The notes: a model not told the origin generated them from the letters alone. A stretch of 64,000 bases of DNA from an uncultured virus (IMG/VR IMGVR_UViG_3300030101_003124) (IMGVR_UViG_3300030101_003124:1-64000); one strand, 5' to 3'; counted from the stretch's first letter, positions 1 through 8,386 are shown. Translations and numbers: made by a program.

Positions 1-229
1 CATTTACTTTGTGACCTGCGCCGTATAAAAACGCTTCACAAGACTCTGAGTCAGGATTCCATTTATTTTCATCATTACATAACGAGCTAATGTCATATCT
101 ATATACCTTACCGTCATTAAAATCTAGTAAGAATATGTACTTAGCTGTGTAGCTGCTTGTGCTTCTTAGCCCGCTGTAGTTACAAGTTTCTTCTTTATCT
201 TCAAAGTATTTTTTTACTGAATCACTCAT
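1..229 (-). CDS. Hypothetical early protein, runs off the window edge (MSDSVKKYFEDKEETCNYSGLRS...)
   Basis: Manual translation from ATG at 229 stays open to position 1; overlaps the stop of the 222..440 ORF. Confidence 0.6.
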   Translation of the reverse strand, partial: MSDSVKKYFEDKEETCNYSGLRSTSSYTAKYIFLLDFNDGKVYRYDISSLCNDENKWNPDSESCEAFLYGAGHKVN

Positions 230-440
230 CGTAATATTTATTAGTGTTTACATCAAAAGCATTTGCGACATGACGAGCGACAGTTCTTGCCATGTAACTA
301 TGAGCTTCGTTTATTATTTTGCCCTCACTGTTAGGGGGCAGAAACTGATCCACTTGCCAGTCGCATTGCTTATTGATTTGTTTTGTTATATCTTCTGCTA
401 TTTCTTTAGCTACTATATGTATTTGTTTTATTACTGCCAT
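222..440 (-). CDS. Hypothetical early protein, 72 aa
   Basis: ORF track; A-rich leader GATAATACT-ATG; packed in the - strand run. Confidence 0.65.
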   Translation of the reverse strand: MAVIKQIHIVAKEIAEDITKQINKQCDWQVDQFLPPNSEGKIINEAHSYMARTVARHVANAFDVNTNKYYDE

Positions 441-444
441 AGTA

Positions 445-657
445 TTATCTTAAACATGTACCGTAACCTCTACGAGCGCCAAGCTTTCTAACACGTTTCG
501 CCTGGCTTGCCGGCATAATTTGAATGGTGTTGCCGGTTTTGTGGTATGTGATTTGAACACAGCCGTACGCTTCTACATCGGAGCAGTTGACGCAAGAGGT
601 GTAACCTAGTGCGAGGCGCTGCGGAGGTATTATATTATTGCATTTACATTTTGTCAT
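445..657 (-). CDS. DksA/TraR-like C4 zinc-finger protein
   Basis: CKC-NNIIPPQRL-ALGYTS-CVNC resembles the Cxx(C)..IP..RL..CxxC finger. Confidence 0.55.
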   Translation of the reverse strand: MTKCKCNNIIPPQRLALGYTSCVNCSDVEAYGCVQITYHKTGNTIQIMPASQAKRVRKLGARRGYGTCLR

Positions 658-661
658 CGTA

Positions 662-694
662 TATATTATCCAGCTTTAATCGTATTTTGTTTGT
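662..694 (-). promoter_or_regulatory. Early promoter-like motif, copy 1 (ACAAA-N5-TACGA-N7-TGGATAATATA)
   Basis: One of four copies with identical blocks and spacing; ends 4 nt before the ATG at 657. Confidence 0.75.
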
Positions 695-1127
695 AATTCT
701 TTAGATAATATTCTAACATATAGTTTAATCTAGCAAGACCTGACCATACTTTAGCTCTTGCCTTGCCAATATATTTTCTAGTTTCTAACTTACCATCAAT
801 TAAAAATGTAGTTCTTTGTTCTTGATTATAAGTTTTATTTATTTGATATGGCGAATAAGTGCCATTTTGTTTTCTTACATAGCCTGATTTGAAGCAAGCT
901 AACCTTAATCTTGGTGTATCATTTAGTGATTTACCTTTAGATTTTAGCCAATTCTTGTAAAATTGATTAGTGTTCTCGTGTGTAGAACAAGGAAATTCAA
1001 ATTCTCTTGTACCATTTATTGCTTGTCTTTGTGTAGTTACTTCTTTAATATTGTATTTAATGAGCAATTGTCTTACAAAAGCGTTTTCTAACGCCTCTTG
1101 CTCTTGTTTCCAAGTTAATTCTGTCAT
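666..1127 (-). CDS. Hypothetical early protein; likely start MTELTW at 1127
   Basis: ORF track 666..1154; leader AATATAATAACT-ATG at 1127; the upstream start lies inside minihelix 1. Confidence 0.7.
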   Translation of the reverse strand: MTELTWKQEQEALENAFVRQLLIKYNIKEVTTQRQAINGTREFEFPCSTHENTNQFYKNWLKSKGKSLNDTPRLRLACFKSGYVRKQNGTYSPYQINKTYNQEQRTTFLIDGKLETRKYIGKARAKVWSGLARLNYMLEYYLKNYKQNTIKAG

Positions 1128-1147
1128 AGTTATTATATTTAAATTAG

Positions 1148-1194
1148 AGAGCATGGCAGGAGTCGAACCTGCACCTTAGTACCGTAGCATGCTC
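1148..1194 (-). ncRNA. tRNA-like minihelix 1 (acceptor stem plus T-arm, no anticodon arm)
   Basis: GAGCATG / 15-nt linker CTACGGTACTAAGGT / GCAGG-TTCGACT-CCTGC / CATGCTC-T, then CTA. Confidence 0.7.
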
Positions 1195-1249
1195 ACCGCT
1201 CTTTTGTTTTCAACACCAAGCTTACAGTGTATTCCCAAGAGCTATTTAG

Positions 1250-1312
<63 letters not shown>

Positions 1313-1322
<10 letters not shown>

Positions 1323-1546
1323 TTTATAAATTCCCAGTCAAGTTGAAATCTGCCTGGAGGCGCATATTTGTTATATGTGTCGACTAATTCTTTAGTCCAA
1401 CCGCCTTGTTCTTTAATTTTATTGTATATTATTTCACGCTCGCGACTGCCAGCTTTGTAATATCTATTGTCATCACTCATCATATAAGTGTGGTCGTGAT
1501 GCTCGAACATTTCTTCGAGTGTTAAATCGTCAAAGTATTTTGCCAT
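1313..1546 (-). CDS. Hypothetical early protein; likely start MAKYFDD at 1546
   Basis: ORF track 1313..1591; leader AAAACTAAAATT-ATG; stop codon lies inside the tRNA 5' end. Confidence 0.65.
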
Positions 1547-1557
1547 AATTTTAGTTT

Positions 1558-1749
1558 TTAAGAGTATATTCTGCCATTTACGCTTACCCATTTGTTAAAT
1601 GAGTGATACATTTTGTCTTCGCTGTCATAATATCTTGTATGTGGTGACAGTGTTAGTACTTCTGTTTTGCCATCTTTTGTTAATGTGATAGCTTGAGGTA
1701 CATTGAAGTTGCTAGGATTAGCGCCGTGGAATTTTATAGTATTAATCAT
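1558..1749 (-). CDS. Hypothetical early protein, 63 aa
   Basis: ORF track; just downstream of promoter-like motif copy 2. Confidence 0.65.
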   Translation of the reverse strand: MINTIKFHGANPSNFNVPQAITLTKDGKTEVLTLSPHTRYYDSEDKMYHSFNKWVSVNGRIYS

Positions 1750-1762
1750 AATTGTAATTTAT

Positions 1763-1795
1763 TATATTATCCAACTTTATTCGTATTTGTTTTGT
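1763..1795 (-). promoter_or_regulatory. Early promoter-like motif, copy 2
   Basis: ACAAA-ACAAA-TACGA-ATAAAGT-TGGATAATATA. Confidence 0.75.
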
Positions 1796-1892
1796 ATGTA
1801 GCAAGGTTATATCTTCTGTACCACTCGTCTACTTCAAAGTTAAATGCTTTTTTAGTTAGTTTTATTTGTTTATATTTTCTAGTGCGTGCCAT
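1767..1892 (-). CDS. Small basic protein, 41 aa (MARTRKYKQIKLTKK...)
   Basis: Manual translation; its stop is the TAA of promoter-like motif copy 2. Confidence 0.5.
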   Translation of the reverse strand: MARTRKYKQIKLTKKAFNFEVDEWYRRYNLATYKTNTNKVG

Positions 1893-1986
1893 AATAGTAT
1901 TCTGTATATTCTTCAACAGTTACATATTTATCTATTTCGTGACAGTAAATCATACCATCAATCACATGTAGTTCTTCAAATGTCAT
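1879..1986 (-). CDS. Small acidic protein, 35 aa (MTFEELHVIDG...)
   Basis: Manual translation; leader AATAATAACT-ATG shared with neighbouring genes. Confidence 0.5.
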   Translation of the reverse strand: MTFEELHVIDGMIYCHEIDKYVTVEEYTEYYYGTH

Positions 1987-1996
1987 AGTTATTATT

Positions 1997-2089
1997 TTAG
2001 CATGGGCAAAATACCCATAGTGATACATATAGTAGCGCGAATAAACACACTACAAATAAAAATTCTAGTATTATTTTCTTAAAATCCAT
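1997..2089 (-). CDS. Small membrane peptide, 30 aa (MDFKKIILEFLFVVCLFALLYVSLWVFCPC)
   Basis: Manual translation; one hydrophobic segment; overlaps the upstream stop. Confidence 0.5.
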   Translation of the reverse strand: MDFKKIILEFLFVVCLFALLYVSLWVFCPC

Positions 2090-2210
2090 AAGTTATAGTT
2101 GGGTTATTGAATATTAAGTGGTAAACTAAGTTTACAAAGCCGAATACAAAGAGTGAAGTCATACTGATTAACACTGCGTTGATTACATAGTGAGTGAATT
2201 TTCTGTTCAT
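2079..2210 (-). CDS. Small membrane peptide, 43 aa (MNRKFTHYVINAVLISMTSLFVFGFVNLVYHLIF...)
   Basis: Manual translation; leader AATATAATAACT-ATG directly after minihelix 2. Confidence 0.55.
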   Translation of the reverse strand: MNRKFTHYVINAVLISMTSLFVFGFVNLVYHLIFNNPTITYGF

Positions 2211-2231
2211 AGTTATTATATTAATTGTTAG

Positions 2232-2272
2232 TTGCCATGAGTGGAATCGAACCACTATAAACCATTATGGCA
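2232..2272 (-). ncRNA. tRNA-like minihelix 2 (acceptor stem plus T-arm, no anticodon arm)
   Basis: TGCCATA / 9-nt linker ATGGTTTAT / AGTGG-TTCGATT-CCACT / CATGGCA-A, then CTA. Confidence 0.65.
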
Positions 2273-2369
2273 TTTGCTTGTTCGCATTTTTTATAAGTCG
2301 CTAAACAATGCGCAACTACGACTTTAGCCACCTCAGCTTACTCTGCACTTCGGCTGAGGTATTTGTCGA

Positions 2370-2597
2370 CTATACTAAGTCTTTACCTCTTAGTGCTAAC
2401 GGTATATTGTTAGTTGCAGTGTAAGACTTGTACTTTTCCCAGCATGGTAAAGTTGTAAGTGTTGATTTCATAATGTTGAAAGCTTTGTCATGTGAGTACA
2501 CATACTTGTCACCTTTTTTGTTAGTGAATTCGAATGTTACATTTTTTCCGATTAGTGATTTTCTTAGTACAAATCTTTTTGTGATTAAATTGCTCAT
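2370..2597 (-). CDS. Hypothetical protein, first clear gene of the leftward early unit, 75 aa
   Basis: ORF track; downstream of motif copies 3 and 4. Confidence 0.75.
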   Translation of the reverse strand: MSNLITKRFVLRKSLIGKNVTFEFTNKKGDKYVYSHDKAFNIMKSTLTTLPCWEKYKSYTATNNIPLALRGKDLV

Positions 2598-2637
2598 AGT
2601 AAATTGATTTAAAGTTATTATTATTATTAGTTACATT

Positions 2638-2670
2638 TATATTATCCATTTGAGTTCGTATTTTGTTTGT
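2638..2670 (-). promoter_or_regulatory. Early promoter-like motif, copy 3
   Basis: ACAAA-CAAAA-TACGA-ACTCAAA-TGGATAATATA. Confidence 0.75.
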
Positions 2671-2778
2671 GTAAAAGTAGATACTTTGTTTACTTGTAAA
2701 ATTAGTATTAGTATTATTCCGCACTCACTCACACTATCTCATTTATTATTTAAGTATTTCATTTATATTACTTACAAT

Positions 2779-2811
2779 TATATTATCCATTATGATTCGT
2801 AATTACTTTGT
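2779..2811 (-). promoter_or_regulatory. Early promoter-like motif, copy 4
   Basis: ACAAA-GTAAT-TACGA-ATCATAA-TGGATAATATA. Confidence 0.75.
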
Positions 2812-2893
2812 GAGAATTAGAATAGTGAAGTGAAAAATGCTATACATGTCTACACGTGATTGCCAAAGGTTAACATGAAAAACCTGGGAAAAA

Positions 2894-3104
2894 GGGGCCC
2901 CGGCTGAAAAAAATCTGTTTTCCTAGGAAAATACGAATGGTGGAGGGTAGGGGCAACACAGTACCTCTTATTATCTAACGTGTTTTTTTATGACAATAGC
3001 CTATAAGATATACCTAGTAATAGGCTAGTGTCACTGTCTCCCTTTATAAGATTATACTAAGTATAATCTTTAGGATTAGTATAATTAATAATAGGCAAGT
3101 GTCA
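2894..3104. repeat. Palindrome and inverted-repeat cluster in the divergent intergenic region (possible origin or packaging site)
   Basis: GGGGCCCC 2894-2901; TTTTCCTAGGAAAA 2918-2931; TGACAATAGCCTAT 2991-3004 versus ATAGGCTAGTGTCA 3020-3033 and ATAGGCAAGTGTCA 3091-3104; AAGATTATACT-A-AGTATAATCTT 3048-3070. Confidence 0.7.
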
Positions 3105-3127
3105 TCATTTAAATTTTTGCTTTACTA

Positions 3128-3136
3128 TGTAATTAT
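3128..3136 (+). promoter_or_regulatory. Candidate middle/late promoter element GTAATWAT
   Basis: Same element precedes operon starts at 19974, 38870, 49834 (+) and 62917 (-). Confidence 0.4.
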
Positions 3137-3142
3137 TATTGT

Positions 3143-3382
3143 ATGGCACAGAAATTATCACGTCGAGCAGCATCGGCAAAGAAGAAAAGAGATTTAGCAT
3201 TTGCTAAGACTGCAGCGCGTAAACGTAAAAAAGCTGAGAATCAGAGGTTACGTAGAGCTGCTAAAAAAGCTGGTAAAAGCTTAAAGGGTAAAGACTATGA
3301 CCATAAAAGAAATAGATTTGTCAGCGTAAAATCTAACCGTGGAAACGAGGGCAAGGGTACCAAAAGAGAAGGGCGTAAGTAA
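3143..3382 (+). CDS. Highly basic small protein with a degenerate HNH-like DYDH...NR motif
   Basis: ORF track; K/R-rich; KGKDYDHK..VSVKSNRG. Confidence 0.55.
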   Translation: MAQKLSRRAASAKKKRDLAFAKTAARKRKKAENQRLRRAAKKAGKSLKGKDYDHKRNRFVSVKSNRGNEGKGTKREGRK

Positions 3383-3429
3383 GCTCCGCCAACCAAAAGC
3401 AGCATACATTAACCTAAAATACCAAAATT

Positions 3430-3756
3430 ATGACGTATTTTTATTACAAGACTAATACGTGGAATAGTCACCCACAACCACAAGTAACCGAAGAAACAAT
3501 AAACCTTTGGAAACACCTCGCAGAGAAAAAGAACTGGAGGATTGTACAACTACCTAACGGATTCTTTCAGACGGAATATATGGATATTGATTGTCCTTGT
3601 AATCCTGAAGAAGACGCATGCTGTGAAAAATGGCATGATGTCACAAGAAGAGAAACTATAGAAGGAGCAGAAGCTGCAATTGATGGAAGCATCGAGCACT
3701 ATGCTAAGAAAGTAGATTTCTTAAAAGGACCTAAAGTAGTAAAAACATTCAAATAG
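3430..3756 (+). CDS. Hypothetical protein, 108 aa
   Basis: ORF track; A-rich leader. Confidence 0.75.
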   Translation: MTYFYYKTNTWNSHPQPQVTEETINLWKHLAEKKNWRIVQLPNGFFQTEYMDIDCPCNPEEDACCEKWHDVTRRETIEGAEAAIDGSIEHYAKKVDFLKGPKVVKTFK

Positions 3757-3778
3757 TAAATAACTAAAATTTAATTAA

Positions 3779-5350
3779 ATGGAATTTAATAACCCTAGTC
3801 AGATCGTAAAAGATCTAAACTTTGGCGATGTTGCCAAAAAAAGAGTTATTACCGGTGTAGAAAAATTAGCATCCGCTGTTAAATCTACACTTGGTGCTTC
3901 TGGTAAGTGCGTAGTATATGAAGACGCAAGAGGAAACCCTGTTATTACAAAAGACGGTGTTACTGTAGCTGAATCAGTTATACTAAGAGATCCTGTAGAA
4001 AACATAGGTGCAACACTTATTAAAGAAGCTGCTAAAAATACAGTGAGAGAAGCAGGTGACGGTACCACTACGGCTACCGTCCTTGCTGAATCACTATTAA
4101 AATTAGCAAATAGTAACGAATATTATGATGAATCTATACGAGATATTAAGCACGGTATGCAAACTGGGCTTAAAAAAGTAGAAGATTACTTAAAAGATAA
4201 TTCAGTAGCGGTAACTGGTGATATGTTAACTAGTGTAGCTACTATAAGTTGCAACGGAGATGCTAATCTAGGTAAGATAATTGCTGAAGCTTATGCTAAA
4301 GTTGGTAAAGATGGCACGGTTTTAATGGAAGAAAGCGAAACTGAAGAGACTTATGCTGACGTTGTTGAGGGTGTTAAGCTATCTGGAGGTCTAACATCTC
4401 AATATTTTGTAACTGATAAAGATAAAAACAGAGCAATACTAGAAAATCCACTAGTTTTAATTGTATCTTCTAAAATACCTAACATAAGAAAGATACAAAA
4501 CATACTAGAACATGTGATAAAAACTGGTAGATCTTTGCTAATTATGGCAGAAGTTGATCAACAGGTCAAATCTGCGCTTTTAATGAATAAAGTTAAAGGT
4601 AATATTAAAGTAAACATTGTAGATTTACCTGCACATGGTAAATATAAAGATCAAACTTTAGATGATTTAGCTTTAATAACTGGTGCAAAGGTCATGAACG
4701 AAGAGCTTGGAGATGATTTAGATCTAATCCAGCCAGATTGCTTGGGTGAAGTAGTAAAATCTGTGACTGACGACAGAACTACAGTCCTGACAACTGGTCC
4801 TCGAACAAGTAAACTTGAAGAAAGACAAGAAGAAATCAGAAAGTTAATAAAAAATGAGGAAAACGGTTATATAAAGAAGCAATTGCAAAAAAGATTATCA
4901 ACACTTTCAGGTTTTGTTGGTGTGATAAAAGTCGGAGCGTACTCAAAAGTTGAAATGAAGGAGAAAAAGGACAGAGTTGAAGATGCTATTTTTGCTACAA
5001 AAGCTGCTTTACAAGAAGGAATCGTTTCAGGCGGTGGAATTGCATTATTAAATGCTGCTTTAAGTATAAAAGAAGAAAATATAGGCGAAGAAATAGTTTC
5101 AAAAGCTATATTATCACCATTTAGAACTATACTTGATAACGCAGGTATTGAAAATGCTAAAGTTCCTAAAAAAATAGGCTATGGTATTGATGTAATTACT
5201 GGAAAAGAGGTCAATATGATTGAAAATGGCATTATTGACCCGGTTTTGGTAACAAAAACGGCACTAAAAAATGCAATTTCAGTAGTTTCTACTATAATTT
5301 CTGCAGATTGTGTAATATCTAATATAAGAGTGGACAATGCAAGCAGTTAA
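3779..5350 (+). CDS. groEL: Chaperonin GroEL (phage-encoded)
   Basis: AVKSTLG, ITKDGVTVA, AGDGTTTATVLA, KEKKDRVEDA, GIIDP motifs. Confidence 0.97.
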   Translation: MEFNNPSQIVKDLNFGDVAKKRVITGVEKLASAVKSTLGASGKCVVYEDARGNPVITKDGVTVAESVILRDPVENIGATLIKEAAKNTVREAGDGTTTATVLAESLLKLANSNEYYDESIRDIKHGMQTGLKKVEDYLKDNSVAVTGDMLTSVATISCNGDANLGKIIAEAYAKVGKDGTVLMEESETEETYADVVEGVKLSGGLTSQYFVTDKDKNRAILENPLVLIVSSKIPNIRKIQNILEHVIKTGRSLLIMAEVDQQVKSALLMNKVKGNIKVNIVDLPAHGKYKDQTLDDLALITGAKVMNEELGDDLDLIQPDCLGEVVKSVTDDRTTVLTTGPRTSKLEERQEEIRKLIKNEENGYIKKQLQKRLSTLSGFVGVIKVGAYSKVEMKEKKDRVEDAIFATKAALQEGIVSGGGIALLNAALSIKEENIGEEIVSKAILSPFRTILDNAGIENAKVPKKIGYGIDVITGKEVNMIENGIIDPVLVTKTALKNAISVVSTIISADCVISNIRVDNASS

Positions 5351-5594
5351 TCAATACATAGTAATAGAAAAAATTAAGCAAGAGCGTACTAAAGTTGCAG
5401 GTTTAGAGCTTACAGAAGAATTAGACAGTGACAATAGGTATGCTAAAGGCAAGGTTATAACTTGTGGCAGGTTTGCAGAAGGAGTAAAAGACGGAGATAT
5501 TGTACATTACGACAAGCATGTTGGCCATAGTATAAGATACAATGACAATGTATATGAGGTTATAACAATAAGAGATGTTGTTCTTGTCGGATGA
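5337..5594 (+). CDS. groES: Co-chaperonin GroES
   Basis: 85 aa; KGKVITCG..GVKDGDIVHY..G; overlaps the groEL stop. Confidence 0.85.
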   Translation: MQAVNQYIVIEKIKQERTKVAGLELTEELDSDNRYAKGKVITCGRFAEGVKDGDIVHYDKHVGHSIRYNDNVYEVITIRDVVLVG

Positions 5595-6031
5595 GAATAA
5601 CAGCTCAAGATATTAGAGAATTAAATTTATTTAAGTATTACAGGCTTGTTAGAAAATGGGCCTGTAAAACTTACGGGTTAAAAGACGCTGATTTAGAACT
5701 TTTGATCTATTTAGATTGCAAATCGCGATTTACACGTAATAACTTTATAGATGGCACTTATACTTACTCATGGGATAAAAACCGATGGGAACGACTTAGA
5801 AGAGAAGGTTGGATAGAAGTATGGAGACATCGAAACAGAACTACAATTAAATATAGTATATACAAAACCTCATTTAAATCAAGTCAACTTATATCCCGTA
5901 TATACAGAATCTTATTGGGTGAAGAGGATCTCCCCACTTCAGAAAGAAATACATTTTATAATAATAAATCATATACTGATAAAGTTTATAATAAGGCTAT
6001 TGATGATATGATTAAAGACAAAAACAGATAA
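5591..6031 (+). CDS. Conserved-looking phage protein, possible winged helix-turn-helix
   Basis: LKDADLELLIYL...WERLRREGWIEVW...YKTS pattern; ATGA overlap with groES. Confidence 0.5.
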   Translation: MRITAQDIRELNLFKYYRLVRKWACKTYGLKDADLELLIYLDCKSRFTRNNFIDGTYTYSWDKNRWERLRREGWIEVWRHRNRTTIKYSIYKTSFKSSQLISRIYRILLGEEDLPTSERNTFYNNKSYTDKVYNKAIDDMIKDKNR

Positions 6032-6033
6032 TC

Positions 6034-6411
6034 ATGGGAAAACCAGGAAACAAAAATCAAAGCACACTTAGCAATATATTTTGCAGAGTGCCTAATGCGT
6101 GTTCAGCTAACACTAGAAAATCATCTAAACCTAAAGTACCAGGAATTAGTCCAGCTAAAGCAATGTACGATAGCAACTCTAAATTTACAGCTGAAGCTTT
6201 AAGCAAACTAAAAGCTGCTGACATAGGTGGTAAATTTGGTGCAATAGTAGACAATGCTCAACCTACTGATACTAATAGCAATGCTAAATACGGTATAGGT
6301 AATGAAGGTGGTTACGCTAGAGACGCTCAACAAATATCTTCAGATAAAGATGTTGTATCATCTGCTAAGAAAAAAGGCTGCGGACATAAAGGTAGTAAAT
6401 ATAAAAAATAA
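6034..6411 (+). CDS. Low-complexity basic protein with SPAK/SSAK motifs
   Basis: ORF track; TAATG overlap with the next gene. Confidence 0.65.
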   Translation: MGKPGNKNQSTLSNIFCRVPNACSANTRKSSKPKVPGISPAKAMYDSNSKFTAEALSKLKAADIGGKFGAIVDNAQPTDTNSNAKYGIGNEGGYARDAQQISSDKDVVSSAKKKGCGHKGSKYKK

Positions 6412-6860
6412 TGGGATTTAAATTACCAAAAACTCATAAGTCACTATTCTATAAAATGAACGGTAAGGCTTCTGATGCTTTTAAACCTAAACATCCTGTA
6501 GAAGTAAAACCTTTAGGTGAAGGTATAAAAGCTGAAGCAAATCAAGACGGGACAACATATGTTAGTCCAGACGTTGATCTAAATTCTTATGAGGGAAGAT
6601 TAGTTTTAGAACATGAAGAAGCTCATCACGATCAGTTTGAAGCTTTATGGGATAAAAAACTAGAAAAAGAAGTTGACGAACCAAATGAAAACACTGTTGC
6701 TTTATTTTCATATGATGATAAATATACATATTGGAAAGGCGAAGCTATTCCTAGAGATAAAGAAAACGAAGGTAGTGGTAACTTAGATTGGGAGAAAGAC
6801 GCTGAAGATAGAGTAAAAGCAAAAATAGGTTACGGTACCTATGGCAAAGTAAAAGAATAA
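6411..6860 (+). CDS. Putative zincin-like metallopeptidase
   Basis: VLEHEEAH (HExxH) plus downstream WEKDA. Confidence 0.55.
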   Translation: MGFKLPKTHKSLFYKMNGKASDAFKPKHPVEVKPLGEGIKAEANQDGTTYVSPDVDLNSYEGRLVLEHEEAHHDQFEALWDKKLEKEVDEPNENTVALFSYDDKYTYWKGEAIPRDKENEGSGNLDWEKDAEDRVKAKIGYGTYGKVKE

Positions 6861-6870
6861 ATAAAAAATC

Positions 6871-7983
6871 ATGGCAAAAATAACAGAAATATTAAAACAC
6901 AATGAGAAATCATTGTCATCTGCAAAACACTTAGTAGATGGTAAAGGACATGGCATGGACGGTCATGATCACACTTCAGCTATAGGTAATATAGATGGGA
7001 TTAAAAAAATTATAAACACTAAAGCTGATGGTACAAAAACTTACGAGGTTCCTCCTGCTGTAGCTGGTGGAGAAGCTGGTGACGCTTATAAAAACAAAAT
7101 GATTGAAATGTATAAGGGTGGCGCTTCAATAGAAGACCTAGTAAAGCAAAAGCACGGTACTGTTGAAGGTTTAACAAAATTATTAGAAGGAGTTACAAGA
7201 ACAACAACAATACCAGGTAGTCAAACATTACAAGATATACCTAGTACAAATCCAGGCACGCCTGGAACTCCTCCGATACCTGAAAAATCAGTGACAGAAG
7301 GTGATTATTTAACAGCTGGTGAAACTAGAGAAGCTGGTAAAATATTAAAACTAAGAAATAAAGGTGGTGATAAAAGAAAGAAACAAGCCACTAAAAGCTT
7401 AAACAAGATGGTTAAGCAAGGTTTAGATATAGATAAAGAAATAGCAGCTGGCAACCAAAGTGTTATTAGCTTACTAGAACAAAGCGGTGGTTATAACAAA
7501 GGTGGTAAATTCAGAAAAGGATTTCTTGGTTTAGGTGGGGTAAATGATGATTTTGTTAGTACATCAGATAAAGTAGATGTTAAAAGCGCAAGTAGTGATC
7601 CTAGAGTTACAAACCCATATGTACGTAGACCTGGTAGTGCACAAGGTGTTAATAGAATGAACTTAGACAATAAAGTTATAACACAAGAAGCTGTAGAAGG
7701 AACAGAGGGAACAGCCGGTACTAGTTCACCAACTACACCAGCTGGTCCAGATGATACAGTTTATAAGAAAAACCCTAACACAAATAAATATGAGGCCGTG
7801 CCTAGTCCTGACACAAAACAAGAGGACATTATTTCTACAACTAGTTTATCATCACAAATGGAAACAAATGTGACTGGTAGTGGCGTAAGACCTAGTAGTA
7901 AGTACAAAGGAAACGCTGTGTCTAGGTTTAAAGTTAAAGGATATAAAATGAGCGGCTTTGGAAACAAGGCTAGTAAAAAATGA
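6871..7983 (+). CDS. Hypothetical G/T/K-rich virion-associated protein, 370 aa
   Basis: ORF track; position in the late operon. Confidence 0.7.
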   Translation: MAKITEILKHNEKSLSSAKHLVDGKGHGMDGHDHTSAIGNIDGIKKIINTKADGTKTYEVPPAVAGGEAGDAYKNKMIEMYKGGASIEDLVKQKHGTVEGLTKLLEGVTRTTTIPGSQTLQDIPSTNPGTPGTPPIPEKSVTEGDYLTAGETREAGKILKLRNKGGDKRKKQATKSLNKMVKQGLDIDKEIAAGNQSVISLLEQSGGYNKGGKFRKGFLGLGGVNDDFVSTSDKVDVKSASSDPRVTNPYVRRPGSAQGVNRMNLDNKVITQEAVEGTEGTAGTSSPTTPAGPDDTVYKKNPNTNKYEAVPSPDTKQEDIISTTSLSSQMETNVTGSGVRPSSKYKGNAVSRFKVKGYKMSGFGNKASKK

Positions 7984-8384
7984 GCAAGATATTAAGTAAA
8001 ATATTTGGCAAAGCAGGTGGCTCTGTTGTAGATAAACTAGCTGGTGTTGCTGATAGATTCATAAGAACAAAAGACGAGAAAGCTGAGTTTGAAAAAGAAA
8101 TGACCAGCATTTTAATAGAAGCTGAAGCTGCTATGCAAAAAAATGTAACCGAAAGGTGGAAAGCAGATTTAGAGCACGGAAACTGGTTAACGCGTTCAGT
8201 TCGTCCTCTCGTACTTATATTCCTCATAGTGGCGACCGTGCTCATGGTATTTATAGATTCAGGTTCAATTAACTTCAATGTTGAAGAAAAATGGACTGAT
8301 TTATTGCAATTAGTACTTATGACAACTATCGGCGCCTATTTCGGCGGACGAAGTGTTGAAAAGTATAATAAAATGAAAAAATAA
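7980..8384 (+). CDS. Putative holin (3TM, GTA-type holin-like)
   Basis: ERWKADL..WLTRSVRPL, hydrophobic helices, GAYFGGRSVEK. Confidence 0.7.
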   Translation: MSKILSKIFGKAGGSVVDKLAGVADRFIRTKDEKAEFEKEMTSILIEAEAAMQKNVTERWKADLEHGNWLTRSVRPLVLIFLIVATVLMVFIDSGSINFNVEEKWTDLLQLVLMTTIGAYFGGRSVEKYNKMKK

Positions 8385-8386
8385 AA

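Noticed and set aside
1128..1154. Extended N-terminus MLSNLNIIT of the 666 ORF
   Set aside because: It begins inside minihelix 1; the ATG at 1127 has the shared leader
2521..2724. 67-aa N-rich ORF
   Set aside because: Low complexity, non-ATG start, and it runs through promoter-like motif copy 3 and the real 2370-2597 gene
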